Shown in pieces: positions 59,195 to 64,000 of a stretch of 64,000 nucleotides of DNA. Source of the stretch: the human T2T-CHM13v2.0 reference genome, Homo sapiens; the NCBI RefSeq assembly GCF_009914755.1, contig NC_060939.1; one strand, 5' to 3'. Position numbers and translations under genes: made by a program. The notes under the pieces are model-generated. The model saw nothing but the letters and a program-made list of their open reading frames with translations. It searched no databases and was not told the DNA's origin. Positions within the stretch are counted from its first letter, which is position 1. Every line of letters begins with the position of its first letter.

Positions 59195-60529
59195 ATACTT
59201 GTATTTTTCTAATTACAGTTCTACCAAACATTTGCCACCACAAAATACAAGTATTTTTATTCTTTATTTAAATTATGGTGAGTGATATTTCTTCCTATAT
59301 AGCCATTAAGATCTCTGGAAGTTTTGATCTACTTTATTCAAACCACTTTAATAAATAAGACTTTTCACCTAAATGAAATACCTTTGAATTTTATAAACAA
59401 CTTCCATGAAACATATATTAAAACCACCTTTAATTTGGTATGAAGACACTTTGGCAATGCAGCGGAATAAATGATCTTGGCAAGACCCAGCAAGTACAGT
59501 AAATGCTCATGAGCTCTATGAAAAATATAGGCTACAGAATACTTCATTTTTCTTTTATTGAACTACAGTACAAATGTGACTGCTTCAATATGAACATCTA
59601 TCTTCCACCAAATAGCAAACAGGCATCTTATGTAATTAAAAACTAATTATTTCAATTCCACCAATGGAAAAGCAAAACAAGTTGCAAATATCAACAATAC
59701 AGAGCCTGCTGGTAAAGATAGAGATGAGTAAGTTATAAGCTAATAAAGCTGCAGCCTGAGGATGCCAGATCAACATTATAAATATGAAGAAAAAGAAACT
59801 AAATATTTACTCATCGCAAATAACTCGGCATAAGCACCAGCTATGTTCAGGTGCGGCCAGCACATAGGCCAAGTATAAATGTACAATCACAGTGAACTAA
59901 AGCCATAAAATCTAGTTCCCTGACCCTTCAATCAACCATTCAGAGCAATGGGAATATAGCGGGGAGACAGAAGTCCCACTTTGGTTGCTCATATTACATT
60001 AAGCCAGCCTGCCCCACCCCAATCCCCTTCCCACCAATAAAAAAGTCACCGTGAGTGTATAATTGGTCAATCCAGTTTATCCAAGGTCTATAGATATAGC
60101 CATGATTTGTCCTATATTCATGTTAAATAGAATGCTTACATAAAATTAATACTCAAAGACATTGAGCTGATGTGCATGTATATTCTTATTTAACATTTAA
60201 GTGGCTTTAATGGTATTTTAGAATGTCACCTATGGCATGAGTCTTCAAATCTGGATTGAAGACTGTGGCGGTTTTATAACTGCATGTAAGATCTTAAATG
60301 TAAGACTCTGGGCCTACCTACATTAAGGCAGGTGACAGTACCCTCATTCATTCTACATAATAAATACACTCTTCTGTGACTGCAAAATTCTGAATCCTTG
60401 AATGATTTACTATAATAGGCTAAGGTTGTATAAGGCACTTTTGGCTCTGAAATATTTCTCCTAACTCTCAGGCTGAATCTTAAAGAAATATTTACAAAGC
60501 TGCAACAAATTAATTTTAGAACCGGATGC

Positions 60530-60535
60530 TTTATT
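60530..60535 (-). terminator. Candidate proximal RAB27A polyadenylation signal
   Basis: AATAAA ~130 nt after the stop, with TGTACA upstream (~60568-60573). Confidence 0.55.
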
Positions 60536-60667
60536 CGTAGGTCTAATGGGGATGGTGAGAAGCAATTTGTACACAATGCCCATTAATCTCTCACTGTGCC
60601 ATGTATCAATCATAGAGAAGATCCCAGGCATGGGCCACCTGAACTACTATGTCGCTTACTTGACTTC

Positions 60668-60940
<273 letters not shown>

Positions 60941-61094
60941 TTAGAGAATCGATAGAATACAAATATACAAGATGACAAACATTTTACCACCCCAGAGTAC
61001 ATTAAAAAGTTAAAAAGACAATAAAATACTCACACTGCATTTCCAGTAGATATGCAAAACTGGAAATTTTAGACTCTTCAAAATATCAATTTTT

Positions 61095-61377
61095 GGCTGG
61101 GCGCAGTGGCTCACACCTCCCAGCACTCTGGGAGGCTCAGGTGGGCAGATCACCTGAGGTCAGGAGTTTAAGACCAGCCTGGCCAACATGCGGAAACCCC
61201 ATCTCTACAAAAAATACAAAAATTAGCCAGGAATGGTGGCATACACCTGTAATCCCAGCTACTGGGGAGGCTGAGGCTCAAGAATCACTTGAACCTGGGA
61301 GGCAGAGGTTGCAGTGAGCCAATATTGTGCCACCGCACTCCAGCCTGGGCAATAGAGTTAGACTGTCTCAAAAAAAA
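61095..61377 (+). mobile_element. AluS in the RAB27A last intron (antisense to the gene)
   Basis: Dimeric Alu; atcaatttt on both sides. Confidence 0.95.
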
Positions 61378-61458
61378 TCAATTTTCATTTTTTAAAGGAC
61401 CATATATATATTTTGGCAATACATACTGATTTACTGTAAAAAATTTATAAAAAGATAT

Positions 61459-61486
61459 AAGTAGGGGATTCTGGAAGACAGAGACA
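61459..61486 (-). repeat. Exact 28-bp copy of the RAB27A terminal intron/exon junction (60855-60882)
   Basis: aagtaggggattctggaagacagagaca occurs at both positions. Confidence 0.97.
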
Positions 61487-61519
61487 GAATTAAATCTTTT
61501 TTCGTTTAAGTTTTTGGAG

Positions 61520-61802
61520 GGTTTTTTGTTTTGAGACAGAGTCTCTATCACCCAGGCTGGAGTGCAGTGGCACGATCTCAGTTCCCAGGCGACTTCCCAG
61601 GCATCGATCCTCCTACCTCAGCTTTCCAAGTAGCTGGGACCACAGGCGCACACCACCACACCTGGCTAATTATTGTATTTTTTTGTAGAGACAGGGTTTT
61701 ACCATGTTGCCCAGGCTGGTTTCGAACTCCTGAGCTCAAGCTACCCACCCGCCTTGGCCTCCAAAGTGCTGGGACTACAGGTGTGAGCTGCTGCACCCAG
61801 CC
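61520..61802 (-). mobile_element. AluJ in the RAB27A last intron (sense to the gene)
   Basis: Diverged reverse Alu. Confidence 0.92.
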
Positions 61803-61849
61803 TAGTTTTAAGAATTTAAAACTTGATTATTGGTATGAAAGCCGTTTAA

Positions 61850-62465
61850 ATTCCTCTAAGTGAAAAGTAAAACTTGAAAACTTTTAGAAGAACATACAAC
61901 AGTCTTATCTTTTTGACATTGGAATAAGAAAGGATTTCTTAATATAGCTATAAAAGCTCAAACCACAGAGAATAAGTTTGATAATCTTGACAATGTTAAA
62001 GTTTAAAACTTTGGTGCCACAACATATATCATAAGCAAAGTTAAAAGATGAGCGACAGGCCGAAATACATGGCATTTCATATAACTTGCAAACGGGTTAG
62101 CATCCGAAAAAATAATTCCTCAAATGAATTAAAGTAATAAACAAGATAATACAAAACAGACTAAGGATATGCACGGGAAATTCTAAGAAATTACATTTGT
62201 GAAAAAATGTTCAACCTCACCCAAAATAAGGGAAATGCAAGTTAAAATAATGGTATATTAACTCACACCCATCAGATTGGCAAAAATATAGAAATCTCCC
62301 AATATTAAGTATTGCCAAGGAGAAGAAAAGAGGAACTTGCACTTACTGCTTATGTAAGTATAAACTGTTAATAACTACTTTGGAAAATAAGACGGTAATA
62401 TCTGATAAAATTGAAACATGCATGCACTATGACCCAGCAACAGCACTCCTGGGTATACATCTAAA
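61850..62465 (+). mobile_element. Ancient L1 (L1ME-like) ORF2 3' fragment
   Basis: gggaaatgcaagttaaaataa..cacacccatcagattggcaaaa..tatgacccagcaa. Confidence 0.7.
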
Positions 62466-62696
62466 GCAGAGCCAAGGCATGTTGATGGGCAGGAAGTGAG
62501 TTACAGGGATACATGAGACATCAGCAATCCCTCAGTCCTTAGGGCAACTGAGAAGGTCTTAGGGCAGCCAGAGTCCCTGAACCAGTCTCCTCCAAACTTG
62601 AGCAGCCTTATCTATTTATCCCAGTGAGCTGTACAAATATTATCATTTTCTGCAGGTGCCATCCTATGAAAAATATTCAGAAACCCTGTGCTGGAG

Positions 62697-63190
<494 letters not shown>

Positions 63191-63494
63191 CTAGAGAAGC
63201 TCTCACATATGTGCACGTGGCATCGTCTAATGGAATAGATATTGCAGAACTATTTGTAATAGGGAAAAAATTTACCTAAACGTCCATCAATAAGCGCATG
63301 AATAGTGATATTTTTATACAATGAATTATACAATGCTTAAACTGTATCAACATGGCAAAAATTAAACATTGAATTAAAAAACCAACTTGTATGATACAAG
63401 ATCATTTGTGTGAAGACAACAATTACACATCATTATAAAAACATCTATGTAGTAAAAGTACAACTTCTTGGACTAGAAATATATAATTTTGACT

Positions 63495-63950
63495 GCTTTT
63501 AGCTAAAAGTAACCGAAAATTGTGGCTCAAATTGGCATGAATCACAAGTAGGAATTTATTGTAATGCATAATGAACACAGAACTAGAGAGTTTCCAGTGT
63601 TAATTCGGTTGCCAAACGGTAGAAACAAAGAGCCTAGATTCATATCATCCTTCTGTTCTGCCATCCTCCACATGTCAGCTTTCTCCACAATCTGACTCCC
63701 TTCATGACCCCAGAAGTTAAAACATTCCAGGCATCACATCTCAACACACCGAAGTTCCAAGGAAGAAAGGACTCTTCCTCTGTGTGCCTCCCTCAGGAGA
63801 GAGGAAATCTTTCCCACAAGTCCCTGGAAGACTTTCCCTCGTGTCTCATTGGTCAAAACTGTATCACATGCCAATGCCTAAACCAAACTCTGGCAAGAGG
63901 AATGGTACACCACCATCACTGGCTTAAACCAATCAGTCTTCCTGGGCTGG
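63495..63950 (-). mobile_element. Old MLT1-type LTR
   Basis: gtaaccgaaaa..ggctcaaattggc; tctcattggtcaaaactgtatcacatg. Confidence 0.55.
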
Positions 63951-64000
63951 TGGCTGGCACCTGCCTCTCTTAAGTAGCATGTCCTCTAGAAGCAGAGTAG

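Overview
Primate genomic DNA, most likely human 15q21.3 (identified from the protein sequences I recognise). Two minus-strand genes lie in tandem. RSL24D1 (RLP24 homologue, 60S ribosome biogenesis) is complete: six coding exons reconstructed with canonical GT-AG sites, 492 nt = 163 aa plus stop, CDS 52051->37313, with a CpG-island promoter at ~51.7-52.7 kb. Only the last coding exon (60866->60668) and the ~2.5 kb 3'UTR of RAB27A are present. The first ~35 kb is intergenic and repeat-rich: a dead L1PA, older L1s, about 21 Alus across the whole window, MaLR LTRs and MER DNA transposons. Nearly all ORFs in the supplied track are repeat-derived or spurious. I found no evidence of a new multi-gene system. 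The most unusual local feature is an exact 28-bp copy of the RAB27A terminal-exon splice acceptor about 600 bp upstream in the intron, sitting in the loop of an inverted Alu pair. Smaller finds are a probable micro-inversion (twin priming) at an L1 5' end, a 35-nt U2 snRNA retrocopy with a TSD, an orphan piggyBac/MER85-like end, a TOP/TCT-like start site for RSL24D1, and structures in the RAB27A 3'UTR. Repeat subfamily names and repeat boundaries are by-eye estimates.
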